From Saprospiraceae bacterium (GTDB lineage Bacteria; Bacteroidota; Bacteroidia; Chitinophagales; Saprospiraceae), in the NCBI GenBank assembly GCA_016787525.1, contig JAEUUP010000027.1, positions 3,058 through 67,057 on the forward strand: DNA of 64,000 bases, read 5' to 3'. Each line of letters starts with the position of its first letter. Position 1 is the first letter of the stretch. The position numbers were made by a program, and so were the translations under genes. Below the pieces are notes generated by a model. That model was given only the letters and a program-made list of their open reading frames with translations. It had not been told where the DNA came from and did no database searches. This document shows positions 19,960-29,453 of the stretch, piece by piece.

Positions 19960-22605
19960 TCAATATTTAAACACTAATTTAGCGAAAAACATACGACCAT
20001 TTGAACCCATTTGGACAGCATCAAAAGTGCCACCCGTCTCTGTTTCACGGTCTTGATACATACGTTGACCTCCTGATTTGTAGCCAGGATAGACATCAAA
20101 TATATTTGACGAACCGAGGAAAATATTCACACCTTTAGGCAGTTGATAACCCAAAGTCAGGTCTGTAATAGTTGCAGCATCGTACTTGTCAATCTGTCCA
20201 ACAAAGTCTTCTAATTCAATTTCTCCGAAATGAACAAAACGCAAATTGGCATTGAATTTACCAATGCGGTAATCTGTCGTCAAGTTGATTTTGCGAGGAG
20301 GCGCAGAGGCATACATGAATAGTTTTTCTCTATTGCCAAAATATGTGGATTCTTTACCTTTGAGTTTTGGACTCGTTTTGATGTCAGATTCTTTGATTTC
20401 AGACATTTTATTGAAGTTACCCGCCAATGAAACCAATAATTTACCATCTCCGACCTGTGTTGAATACGTAGTGATTGCGTCCAAACCTATTGTTGTTGTA
20501 TTGACAGCGTTTGTAAAAAATTGTGCCGCACTTACTCCCAACGCTTTCAAATCTGCGCCTATATCTGGGTCTGAGTCATAGAAAACGCCTGTCAAAACGG
20601 CTCTATCCTTCACTTTTACTTGATAAGCATCTACCGAAATATTCAAACCATCAATTGGTCGTGCTGTAAAGCCGACACTGAGGTGCTGTGAACGTTCTTG
20701 ATTTAGAGTAGGAATGCCTAATTTACGTGTGATAGGGCTGTTGTTTTTTGCCAAAATTTGGTCAAATGGTACGCCTGAAATAAAGTTGGTGATGGTTGAG
20801 TTGAAATAAATTTGAGCCAATGAAGGTGCACGGAAACCCGTACTTGCTGCTGCACGAACTAAGATTTTAGGGTTTACTTTGTAGCGTGAAGCAATTTTAT
20901 AGTTCAAAGTATTACCAAAATCACTATAATTTTCGTAACGCAAAGCACCTGAAACCAAAAACTCAGGCGTGATATCGAACTCTGAGTCAATGTAGAGACC
21001 CAAATTTGACCTAAACTCATTCAGTTCATTTTCGGGCCTGAAACCTGGGAAGCCTTGAGAACCACTCGGGCGATTGAGTTTATTGAATTGAACCACTTTG
21101 TTGTTGATGACTGTGTCAATTACACCATAGTTGCGATATGACCCTTCTTCACCACTAAAAATGTGGTAGTTTTCAACGCGATATTCAGCACCAAATGCCA
21201 AGTTTGCACCCGACAATACTGAGGGGTAGCTGCGAGAAAAGTTCAGGCTCGTGGTATTTTGGCTTGCACCAAATCCACCTGCGTCGAAACGAGTGGGAGA
21301 TTCTGCTAAAAGAGAGGCATTTAATGTTTTATCAACATAATAATGGAAAAGGTTTGAGCCATAAGTATTGTTGAAATCAACATCTAGGTTTTTCAATTTG
21401 CCCTTCACACCAGCAGACAGTGAACGGTCGAAAATAGAGGATTGTATATGTGGCGTAAAGCCATTAGGATAAATGGCTTTGACGTTGCGTTCGCTGTCGG
21501 CATCTCTATCCCACGCATAAGCATCCGTACCACGATAGCTGTAGCCACCAAAAGCATAAAAGTCGAAACCACTTTTAGTTGGAATACGGCTATTGAAAAA
21601 CGACGTAAACCCTTTCATTGAGCCATCGCCAAAATTATTACGATACAATGCCGAGTCTGCAATCGCACGATTGGTTTTGTCACGCGAAGTAAACTCAGCA
21701 GTAACGTTTACATAGCCTTCATTACCAATTTTAAAACCATAGTTGGTATTGACTTGATACATCGTGCCATCAAAATTGCCATTGTCAGAATCTATGTATT
21801 TTTTGGCATTCCGTTGATAAACGCTTGTATTCAAGTTAGTCATATTGCCTTCGTTATTAGACTTCAAAACAATATTGATAACCCCTGCAATCGCATCTGA
21901 ACCGTACTGAGCGGAAGCACCATCGCGCAAAATCTCAATACGTTCGATAGCTGCAGTCGGAATGGCATTCATATCTGTACCTGTGTTGCCACGACCACGC
22001 GTTCCGAAAATATTGAGTAACGATGATTGGTGGCGACGCTTACCATTGATAAGCACTAGAGTTTGGTCAGGTCCCAACCCCCTCAGTGAAGCAGGGTCAA
22101 TATGATCGGCACCATCCGCACCCGATTGACGAGAAGCATTGAAAGAAGGTGCGACAAATTGCAAAAACTGATTAACATCGAGTTGACCTACTTGTTGTAA
22201 AACGGAAGATACAGGAATGACATCAACTGGTACAGGCGTTTCGAGTTTGGTACGGGTTTCATTTCGTGAACCAATAACTGTGATATTTTCAAGTTCGACA
22301 CCTTGCTCCAATTCAATATTGATACTCGTCGTAGAGCCATTGAATTTGATGGTTTGCGAGGTAAAACCCGTAAAACTCGCTACAATAGTACATTCTCCAC
22401 TCGGAACGCGTAAGTAGAAATTGCCTTCATTGTCAGATACTGTGTTGTTATTATTCTCTTTTACATAGACGTTTGCACCTACAATTGGTTCCTTAGTGCC
22501 TTTCACAGTCACTTTACCTGAAATAAATTGTTGTGCAAAACTTGAAGCGGCAAAAAGAAAAAAGAATAGCGTAGCTGCTGAGAGCTTTTGGACGTAGATT
22601 CTCAT
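19960..22605 (-). CDS. TonB-dependent outer-membrane receptor with N-terminal carboxypeptidase-regulatory-like domain
   Basis: 881 aa with a signal peptide. CarbopepD_reg-like segment (GKVTVKGTKEPIVGANVYVK), plug domain, and a long beta-barrel ending in an aromatic residue. Confidence 0.8.
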   Translation of the reverse strand: MRIYVQKLSAATLFFFLFAASSFAQQFISGKVTVKGTKEPIVGANVYVKENNNNTVSDNEGNFYLRVPSGECTIVASFTGFTSQTIKFNGSTTSINIELEQGVELENITVIGSRNETRTKLETPVPVDVIPVSSVLQQVGQLDVNQFLQFVAPSFNASRQSGADGADHIDPASLRGLGPDQTLVLINGKRRHQSSLLNIFGTRGRGNTGTDMNAIPTAAIERIEILRDGASAQYGSDAIAGVINIVLKSNNEGNMTNLNTSVYQRNAKKYIDSDNGNFDGTMYQVNTNYGFKIGNEGYVNVTAEFTSRDKTNRAIADSALYRNNFGDGSMKGFTSFFNSRIPTKSGFDFYAFGGYSYRGTDAYAWDRDADSERNVKAIYPNGFTPHIQSSIFDRSLSAGVKGKLKNLDVDFNNTYGSNLFHYYVDKTLNASLLAESPTRFDAGGFGASQNTTSLNFSRSYPSVLSGANLAFGAEYRVENYHIFSGEEGSYRNYGVIDTVINNKVVQFNKLNRPSGSQGFPGFRPENELNEFRSNLGLYIDSEFDITPEFLVSGALRYENYSDFGNTLNYKIASRYKVNPKILVRAAASTGFRAPSLAQIYFNSTITNFISGVPFDQILAKNNSPITRKLGIPTLNQERSQHLSVGFTARPIDGLNISVDAYQVKVKDRAVLTGVFYDSDPDIGADLKALGVSAAQFFTNAVNTTTIGLDAITTYSTQVGDGKLLVSLAGNFNKMSEIKESDIKTSPKLKGKESTYFGNREKLFMYASAPPRKINLTTDYRIGKFNANLRFVHFGEIELEDFVGQIDKYDAATITDLTLGYQLPKGVNIFLGSSNIFDVYPGYKSGGQRMYQDRETETGGTFDAVQMGSNGRMFFAKLVFKY

Positions 22606-23182
22606 AAAGTAGATTTTTACTTTAAAGTTTTGGAAATAGTGGTTCTATGTTTGTGTAATAAATGTCCCTCAATGATACTGAAGGGTGGTTATTAAAGGCA
22701 AAAATAAAACGCCTTTTAGGAATATGTATGTTTTGTAAATTAAAAATATGAATATCTGTGCATTTTTATTTTTTTATGTTAAAAAACGCATAGGGACAAA
22801 ATATTGTCAAATGTGTAAAAGAAATACCTGAACCATCAAAAACAGTAAAAATCTACTGATTTTTCAATTAAAATTCTAATTTTAGAGCGTTTTTAAAAAT
22901 TTAATTCTCCAAAATGTTAAAATTATCGCTGCAAATACTAACTAAATAAGGGTGATTTGGTTAAATATTCGTTAAAACCAAAAAAAAATGGAATAAGCCT
23001 GTTGCATCACTCGAAAATTTGGCTTTATCTTTGGGGCATAATAGAACGAAAGTCATCCTTTCCATTTTCTCGAAACTTTAATTTCATAACTTAAATTACA
23101 TTGCCTATAGATAGTAGCTTCTACATTTAAATAATCTGATTTCATTCAGTTTTCATTCACAAGTCTGAAAAATATTTAGAGT

Positions 23183-23773
23183 ATGCAAGCTACGCAAACA
23201 GCACAACTCGCAGATCAAGAGTTGATAGACCTTTACCTCAACGGCAATGAGAAAGCATTCGAAATTTTACTTCGCCGCCACAAAGCACGTATCTATACGT
23301 CTATTTACATCTTCTGCAAAGACGCGCAGTTAGCCGAAGATATTTTCCAAGAAGTTTTCATCAAAATCATCAACACTCTCCGTTCGGGTCGCTACAACCA
23401 TGAAGGCAAGTTCCTCCAATGGGCTTTACGTATTTCGCACAATCTATGTGTGGACTATTTTCGCCGCGACAAACGTCGTCCAACGATGGGTCAAACTGAT
23501 GAATATGATATTTTCAACGTCATTGGCTTGTCGGACGAAAGTCCTGAGCAAAATATCATGCGTAGCCAAACACACGAGCGTATCCGTCATTTGGTTGATT
23601 CATTGCCTATTGAACAACGTGAAGTTGTCGTTTTGAGACACTATGCTGATATGAGTTTTAAGGAAATCGCGTCGTTGACACGTGTGAGCATCAATACTGC
23701 TTTGGGTCGTATGCGCTACGCTCTCATAAACATGCGCCGTATGGTTGAGGAAAAAGATTTGATATTGCAATAA
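23183..23773 (+). CDS. ECF-type sigma-70 family RNA polymerase sigma factor
   Basis: 196 aa. Region 2 (...FQEVFIKIINTL...) and region 4 HTH (SFKEIASLTRVSINTALGRMRYAL). Confidence 0.75.
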   Translation: MQATQTAQLADQELIDLYLNGNEKAFEILLRRHKARIYTSIYIFCKDAQLAEDIFQEVFIKIINTLRSGRYNHEGKFLQWALRISHNLCVDYFRRDKRRPTMGQTDEYDIFNVIGLSDESPEQNIMRSQTHERIRHLVDSLPIEQREVVVLRHYADMSFKEIASLTRVSINTALGRMRYALINMRRMVEEKDLILQ

Positions 23774-23802
23774 ATTTAATTTTCATACATTCTGAGTTGG
23801 AA

Positions 23803-23844
23803 TACTGAGGGGTCATACTTTCACACGAAAGCGACCCCTCAGTT
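23803..23844. terminator. Hairpin built from an inverted pair of the TACTGAGGGG motif, downstream of the ECF sigma gene
   Basis: TACTGAGGGGTC-atactttcacacgaaagc-GACCCCTCAGT, an 11-bp stem. Confidence 0.5.
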
Positions 23845-23989
23845 GTTTCTATTCTTAATGAAAAATGTAGCTAACCTTCTTCATATTCATCACGAATTCC
23901 GACTAATCTTGAATAGACCATTCGTCGATTTTCTCAAAAACATCATACTTTTAAGCATAAAACCAATAAAAGCCAACTTTTAGGCTCTA

Positions 23990-25663
23990 TCAAAGTTTTG
24001 ATTCTACGATTTTAAGAACATCGCTCTCCCATCGCTCAGCCTGTAAAATCATATCGTTGGCTTCTGCTAAAACTGTCTCAACATAATCTTTTTCTTCAAA
24101 ACCTGAAGCATTGATTTTTACATTCAGATATGCGCCACGCACAGCCGCTCGTGCGCACAAAGCCCCAACGCCCGCATCGGATACAGAGTTTGGATTGCCG
24201 ATGTCTGCCATTCTTTGTATGATATTGAAACTTTCTAAAGCCAAACGCATTGTACTGAGGGGTACTTCGATGGCTAATTTTGTCGCCGCATTCAATGCTT
24301 CTTTTCGTGCTTTTTTCTCATTGTCCGTAGCTTTGGGCAACGACATTGCCGACATGATGGCATTGAAAGCCATTGTATCTTCATCTACTTTGTGTAGCAG
24401 TGCGTCTTTGAGGCGTTGCCCTTCCTCAGCCACTTCGCTAAACGTTTCCCAGCGGTCGTCCCAGCCTTTTTTATGGCTGCTCAGATTCGCCACCATTGTC
24501 GCCAACGATGCACCGAGCGAACCGACATAAGCAGCAATAGAACCACCACCTGGTGCAGGACTTTCCGATGCTGTTTCATCGGCGAATATTTTGAGCGACA
24601 TTTTACTGAGGGGGGCGTTTTTATCGTCTTCGAGCAGATATTCGATGACTCGTTGCTTGGGATCAAAAGGCGATAATTCATCTAAACCGAATGTTTTGAC
24701 CGCAATTTTTATCAACTCCGCTTCCGAAACGCCTGCTGAACGTTTTTGTTTCTTCAAAAAATACTTACCTGCGTCTATCAAAACCTGTTTGGGTACGAGT
24801 CCAACAAGCTCTGAGCCTGTCACTCGCAAACCTCGACGGTCAGCCGATTTGCAACATTCTTCAAAGGCGATGTGCAACGGTGTATCGCGCAAATTGGTCA
24901 AATTCATCGAAACTTGGGCAATGCCATATTCCTCAATAAACCAACCGATACCTTTGACTGATTGGCAAGCACCGACTATGCGCTTAGGTTCGCCCGATTC
25001 GTCCAATACTTTTTTACCTTTTTCATCCAAAACGATGCGCCCTTGTTCACGTACATCGAAAGCCACTGAATTGGCGCGACGCACACTTGTCGTGTTCAAA
25101 TTGACATTATAAGCCACTAAAAAATCTCTTGCACCTATGACAGTCGCACCAGCTCTGGCATTAAACTCAGCTGGACCGAAATCTGGCTGCCAATCTGGGT
25201 TCTTGAGTTTTTCTTTCAAGCCCTCGTATTCACCTGCTCGGATGGTGGCTAAGTTGCGTCTTTCGGGTCGAGTTGCCGCCGCTTCGTACAAAAACACGGG
25301 AATACTGAGGGGGTCTCCTACCTTTTCAGCGAGTCTCTTTGCCCACTCGGCTGTTTCTTCCATCGAAATATGGGCAATTGGCACAAGCGGACACACATCG
25401 GTTGCACCCATGCGCGGGTGTTCGCCTGTGTGTTTGGACATATCAATCACTTCTGCGGCTTTTTTAATGGCTCTAAAAGCCGCTTCAATCACTGCCACAG
25501 GCTCGCCAACAAAGGTCACAACAGTGCGATTAGTGGCTTTACCTGGGTCAACATTGAGCAGTTGCACGCCTTCTACGGCTTCGATTTCGTCTGTGATTTG
25601 CTTGATTACTGAGGGGTCGCGTCCTTCGCTAAAATTGGGAACGCACTCGATGAGCTGTTTCAT
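23990..25663 (-). CDS. ftcD: Bifunctional glutamate formimidoyltransferase / formimidoyltetrahydrofolate cyclodeaminase
   Basis: 557 aa. N-terminal MKQLIECVPNFSEGRD... is the formiminotransferase domain, and the C-terminal ~200 aa is helical cyclodeaminase-like. Confidence 0.8.
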   Translation of the reverse strand: MKQLIECVPNFSEGRDPSVIKQITDEIEAVEGVQLLNVDPGKATNRTVVTFVGEPVAVIEAAFRAIKKAAEVIDMSKHTGEHPRMGATDVCPLVPIAHISMEETAEWAKRLAEKVGDPLSIPVFLYEAAATRPERRNLATIRAGEYEGLKEKLKNPDWQPDFGPAEFNARAGATVIGARDFLVAYNVNLNTTSVRRANSVAFDVREQGRIVLDEKGKKVLDESGEPKRIVGACQSVKGIGWFIEEYGIAQVSMNLTNLRDTPLHIAFEECCKSADRRGLRVTGSELVGLVPKQVLIDAGKYFLKKQKRSAGVSEAELIKIAVKTFGLDELSPFDPKQRVIEYLLEDDKNAPLSKMSLKIFADETASESPAPGGGSIAAYVGSLGASLATMVANLSSHKKGWDDRWETFSEVAEEGQRLKDALLHKVDEDTMAFNAIMSAMSLPKATDNEKKARKEALNAATKLAIEVPLSTMRLALESFNIIQRMADIGNPNSVSDAGVGALCARAAVRGAYLNVKINASGFEEKDYVETVLAEANDMILQAERWESDVLKIVESKL

Positions 25664-25758
25664 ACCTTAAAATTTGGTTGTTGATATTTGGAAAAAAATA
25701 AGCAGATGATGGGCTATCACCTGCTCTTTATTACGGATCGTATTGTCCTTTGTTGACT

Positions 25759-26067
25759 TCAATTGACGGAAAAGTGTGGTACTTGAGTGGCTAAAATATT
25801 GTAAAATGTCAATGGGCAAATCACGTATTGCATGAAGCGAGTTAGAGGTAAGGCTCGAATCAATGCCAACACCTCCGCTTCCGAATCGGCATTGAACACA
25901 GCCCATACTTTAGCACTTTCTAAAGAAACGGCATAAGTGACCAATTTGCCTTCCGAAAAGTAATCATTGACCATAGCCCGTTGCTCCGGAATTCGGCTAG
26001 TGAAACGCTCAGACAATTGGGTGGGTAGCGTAAAATCTACCATATATTGTTGTGTGTCGCTTGGCAT
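25759..26067 (-). CDS. Hypothetical small protein
   Basis: 102-aa ORF with protein-like composition, upstream of and co-oriented with ftcD. No recognisable motif. Confidence 0.35.
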   Translation of the reverse strand: MPSDTQQYMVDFTLPTQLSERFTSRIPEQRAMVNDYFSEGKLVTYAVSLESAKVWAVFNADSEAEVLALIRALPLTRFMQYVICPLTFYNILATQVPHFSVN

Positions 26068-26272
26068 TTTAAATCACTGGTTTTACTGAATCGAAAACAA
26101 ATAAAACTTCTGAATATAGCACAAAGTTACAGGTTTTTATATGATTCATAGGGCATAATGAGCGGTGAATTTCAAAAAAATACTGTTAATTTGTCCCATT
26201 CTTCAACTAATTTTAAACAAGTGCGACGAAAGGCATACTTCACGCTTTCGTTCACCTAAAATCAACAACAAA

Positions 26273-26689
26273 ATGACACTCTTGTTCAATTTAATGGGCA
26301 ACGTAGGCAGTTTTACACTTGTCAAAATGCTCGTTCCTGCTTTTATGGCCATTCTCTTTTTGCAAGCTGGATTCGATAAAGTATTGAATTACAAAGGCAA
26401 TCTTGATTATTTTACCGATTATTTTAAAAACAGCCCCCTCTGTAAAACAGTAGGCTTATTGATGCCAACGATCACGCTCTTGGAAGTAGCTGCGGGCATC
26501 CTTTCGGCCATCGGTACAGTAGCTCTGCTTTTAGGCAATGAAATCTTGGCTTATGTCGGTTTGATGCTCTCCGCTACATCTATTCTTTGTCTGTTTTTTG
26601 GACAACGCATGGCAAAAGATTATGGCGCATCTGCTTCCATGACGGGCTACTTTATTGCGGCTTTAGTTGGTTTATTGATGTTGGCGTGA
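26273..26689 (+). CDS. DoxX-like integral membrane protein
   Basis: Four predicted TM helices. ...MLVPAFMAILFLQAGFDKV... resembles the DoxX family. Confidence 0.4.
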   Translation: MTLLFNLMGNVGSFTLVKMLVPAFMAILFLQAGFDKVLNYKGNLDYFTDYFKNSPLCKTVGLLMPTITLLEVAAGILSAIGTVALLLGNEILAYVGLMLSATSILCLFFGQRMAKDYGASASMTGYFIAALVGLLMLA

Positions 26690-26730
26690 GGCGTTTAAAG
26701 GATACCCTTCAGTAAGCCATCTGTATATTC

Positions 26731-27114
26731 TTACTGAGGGGTGTCTTTCAAGTTTTGAATTTGAGCCAATAAGTCTGCTTTTTGGGCTTCGTAGATGGCT
26801 TTTTGCTCTTCATAAAATTTGGCTTTATTTTTAGTTTGAAAAATATCAAACCCCCATATAGCAAGCATGAGTATTCCACTAAGCAACCCTCCATTACCAA
26901 TAAATGACATAAAATATAAACAAATAATAGTCATACAGGCAAAAATCCAAAAGCCAATTTGTACGTCAGTACTATCTAATTTTGGAATAAAATCTTGTCC
27001 TCGCCCTACTACTTTAAAACCATCCTGCCGCCGCAGCCATTGTGCCTCCAATTCTGCGAGGGCTTTTTCTAATTTTAGAATATCTATTTGCGTTTGTGGA
27101 TTCATTTTTTCCAA
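26731..27114 (-). CDS. Hypothetical membrane protein with flanking coiled-coil segments
   Basis: 127 aa with two central TM helices. It overlaps the upstream gene end by 13 nt, which suggests an operon. Confidence 0.4.
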   Translation of the reverse strand: MEKMNPQTQIDILKLEKALAELEAQWLRRQDGFKVVGRGQDFIPKLDSTDVQIGFWIFACMTIICLYFMSFIGNGGLLSGILMLAIWGFDIFQTKNKAKFYEEQKAIYEAQKADLLAQIQNLKDTPQ

Positions 27115-28358
27115 TATTGATTTTTAAAATCGTCTCTTAAAAAAGGTTCAACAACTTTGTAGGGAATAAAAACGGGACTGACATACCAACCATGATTACC
27201 TTTCCCAACCATGTAAAAACCTTTGGAAGTGAAGCCGTTTGACATGTTAAGCAGTAATTCTCTTTTACCTTTATCGTCATATCGTGCCTCCAAATTAAAA
27301 TAGTTATCTATTGCTTCTGCAAATTTTTCTTCGTCGTAACTTTTCTTAAAAACCTCTTTTTCTGTTAGTTTTCTTTTTCTTTTTATGTCATACGTTTCAA
27401 AACTCACCCCAGCACCACCATAAGTATCCAATTCTGTATTTGACCAAAAGAGTTTGAATATAACAACTAAATCGTCATTATTCCAATAAATACTGTTCCT
27501 CGCAACCACTGAATATTCGCTATTTCTCAAATGCTCATCTTCTTCTAAATCTTTCAAAGCCACGTCAATCGCCTTAGTACCTTCGATGATAAATGAGTCA
27601 CAATGTATTTCACAATTACTATTGAGTTTTAAATGATTATTTAAAAAAAACAAAACATCTTTTTTATTGGCGGGTTTAGCAATAGGTAAACTTGAAGTGT
27701 AAACAATACTCATCTTTCTATCTTCTTTGAGTAATTTCTTTGTGTCTATGTATGGCTTATTGACAAAACACTCTGATAAATCAAATTGAGTCACCCCCTC
27801 AGTATTTGTCTCTTGAAATTCAAAAACACCCTGTATCAATGTCTTGTTATCCAAAATTAAACCTTTCAAAACATTTTTATCGCCAAAACTACCGAGCATC
27901 GTAAATAAATTATCAAAATTTGCTTCTGCTTTATCACTCACATAGAAATCAAGAAACTTCGCTGTATCTGATTTAACACCCCAAACTTCATAGGCTCGTA
28001 CTTTTGATGGAATGAAAACAGTACCCGCAAAAGCCCATTTACCATCATACGTTAAATGTGCAAAATTCAAGTTTAAAATGGCAGAATCACCATTGAAAAC
28101 GCCTACCATGTGTTTGTAGAAAGGACGGTTGAGCTTATTTAAGTTCATGGTAGGCACATTGGGAGTCATGATTTTTAAAACCGAATCTGTCAAACGTTCC
28201 CTTAGTTTATATTCAGAATCCAAAAGATTCATTTCGGGAATAGAATCTTTCTTTTCTTCAATTTGAGTGAGGTTTGCTTCTGGTTGTTTAGCGACTTTAT
28301 CGTGGCAACAAAAAAAGATGAATGTTGTGAAAACAGTAAGTAAAAAATTGATTTTCAT
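27102..28358 (-). CDS. Hypothetical lipoprotein/secreted protein (start chosen at MKINFLL; the ORF track extends to 28508)
   Basis: Signal peptide MKINFLLTVFTTFIFFCC. A terminator-like hairpin at 28446-28492 separates it from the upstream 76-aa ORF, which supports the shorter start. Confidence 0.45.
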   Translation of the reverse strand: MKINFLLTVFTTFIFFCCHDKVAKQPEANLTQIEEKKDSIPEMNLLDSEYKLRERLTDSVLKIMTPNVPTMNLNKLNRPFYKHMVGVFNGDSAILNLNFAHLTYDGKWAFAGTVFIPSKVRAYEVWGVKSDTAKFLDFYVSDKAEANFDNLFTMLGSFGDKNVLKGLILDNKTLIQGVFEFQETNTEGVTQFDLSECFVNKPYIDTKKLLKEDRKMSIVYTSSLPIAKPANKKDVLFFLNNHLKLNSNCEIHCDSFIIEGTKAIDVALKDLEEDEHLRNSEYSVVARNSIYWNNDDLVVIFKLFWSNTELDTYGGAGVSFETYDIKRKRKLTEKEVFKKSYDEEKFAEAIDNYFNLEARYDDKGKRELLLNMSNGFTSKGFYMVGKGNHGWYVSPVFIPYKVVEPFLRDDFKNQYWKK

Positions 28359-28509
28359 AAATTTAGTTTTAAAAACGGGTGGCGTAAAAATATAAACGTA
28401 AAAGTTTCGGAAACGATACGAACACCGAAAACGCTGCTGTTTACTCCCCTCAGTAAAACAGCCTTTGCACGGGTGTGCAAAGGCTGTTTTAATTAAAGAA
28501 TTCATCAAA

Positions 28510-28740
28510 TTAAGCGGCTTGTTTCAACTCAAACTGAACATCAATTTCAGCCAAAAGCGTTATTAACTCGGTGACGAGTTGCGCTTTCATCCTTTGCTTT
28601 GATTCAATCAAATACGCAGGGGCATCCATCGAAAGAGCTTGTTTGATGCCTGTGCTGTACATCTTTATCAATTCGACAGTGCGAGTGATGCGCGTCAAAA
28701 GTTCATCTTGATGGGTCGGATCATTTTGTATTGTTACCAT
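28510..28740 (-). CDS. Small hypothetical protein, partner of the upstream minimal nucleotidyltransferase
   Basis: 76 aa, helical composition. Its start is 5 nt after the stop of the MNT-like gene. No HEPN Rx4-6H motif is evident. Confidence 0.4.
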   Translation of the reverse strand: MVTIQNDPTHQDELLTRITRTVELIKMYSTGIKQALSMDAPAYLIESKQRMKAQLVTELITLLAEIDVQFELKQAA

Positions 28741-28744
28741 ATTT

Positions 28745-29188
28745 TTAAAAATTGAGTTGAATAATACCTTTTGGCTTGCCTAACCTATCACTTCCGTACA
28801 ATTCCAATTTTTCATTTTTACTGTAAATTGTAATGTATTGTTTAAAATCCTTTTCAGGATAAACGGGAACTGTGTAAGAATCAATATTTCGCCATCGAAA
28901 CTCATGTTCCCAATTTCTGATTCGATTTTCAAATTTACGGTAAAATTCCCAATCGACAAAATTTACAAGGTCTAAATCATTCGGAAAAGGCTTTTTTGTT
29001 ACAAAACTACCATCAAGCCATTGATAAAAATGTCCACAAGGCGCATTTTGAAACGCTTTCACCAGTTCAAGATATTGGTTAAAAATACGTTCCCGATGCT
29101 CATTAAAAACAAAGTGCGTTTTGAACGTTTCAAGTGTTGTCGGTATTACTTCATAAGGTATAAGATGACCGTTGTTGTCGAATAGCAT
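28745..29188 (-). CDS. Minimal nucleotidyltransferase (MNT, pol-beta fold) domain protein
   Basis: 147 aa. ...WLDGSFVTKKPFPNDLDLVNFVD... fits the GS-x9-DxD nucleotidyltransferase signature. Confidence 0.5.
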   Translation of the reverse strand: MLFDNNGHLIPYEVIPTTLETFKTHFVFNEHRERIFNQYLELVKAFQNAPCGHFYQWLDGSFVTKKPFPNDLDLVNFVDWEFYRKFENRIRNWEHEFRWRNIDSYTVPVYPEKDFKQYITIYSKNEKLELYGSDRLGKPKGIIQLNF

Positions 29189-29453
29189 GTTTTTTGATGT
29201 TTGTTTTAGAATAAAAAAATTGAGTCAAGGACAAATTTACATTTAACAATGATATTTAAGCGTTTTTGGGTACAATAGTCACATTTTTTACACAATATAC
29301 ATTGATTGAAAAAGAGCTTTCTAAAAAGACATTGTCTTGGCGTATTTCCCTAATTATCACAGAACTTATACGGAATATGCCGTGTCTTGATGTTTACCCT
29401 CAGTAAAAGAGCCTTTGCGTGGATATTGGGGGTATTAGCATTAAAATGCTTCA

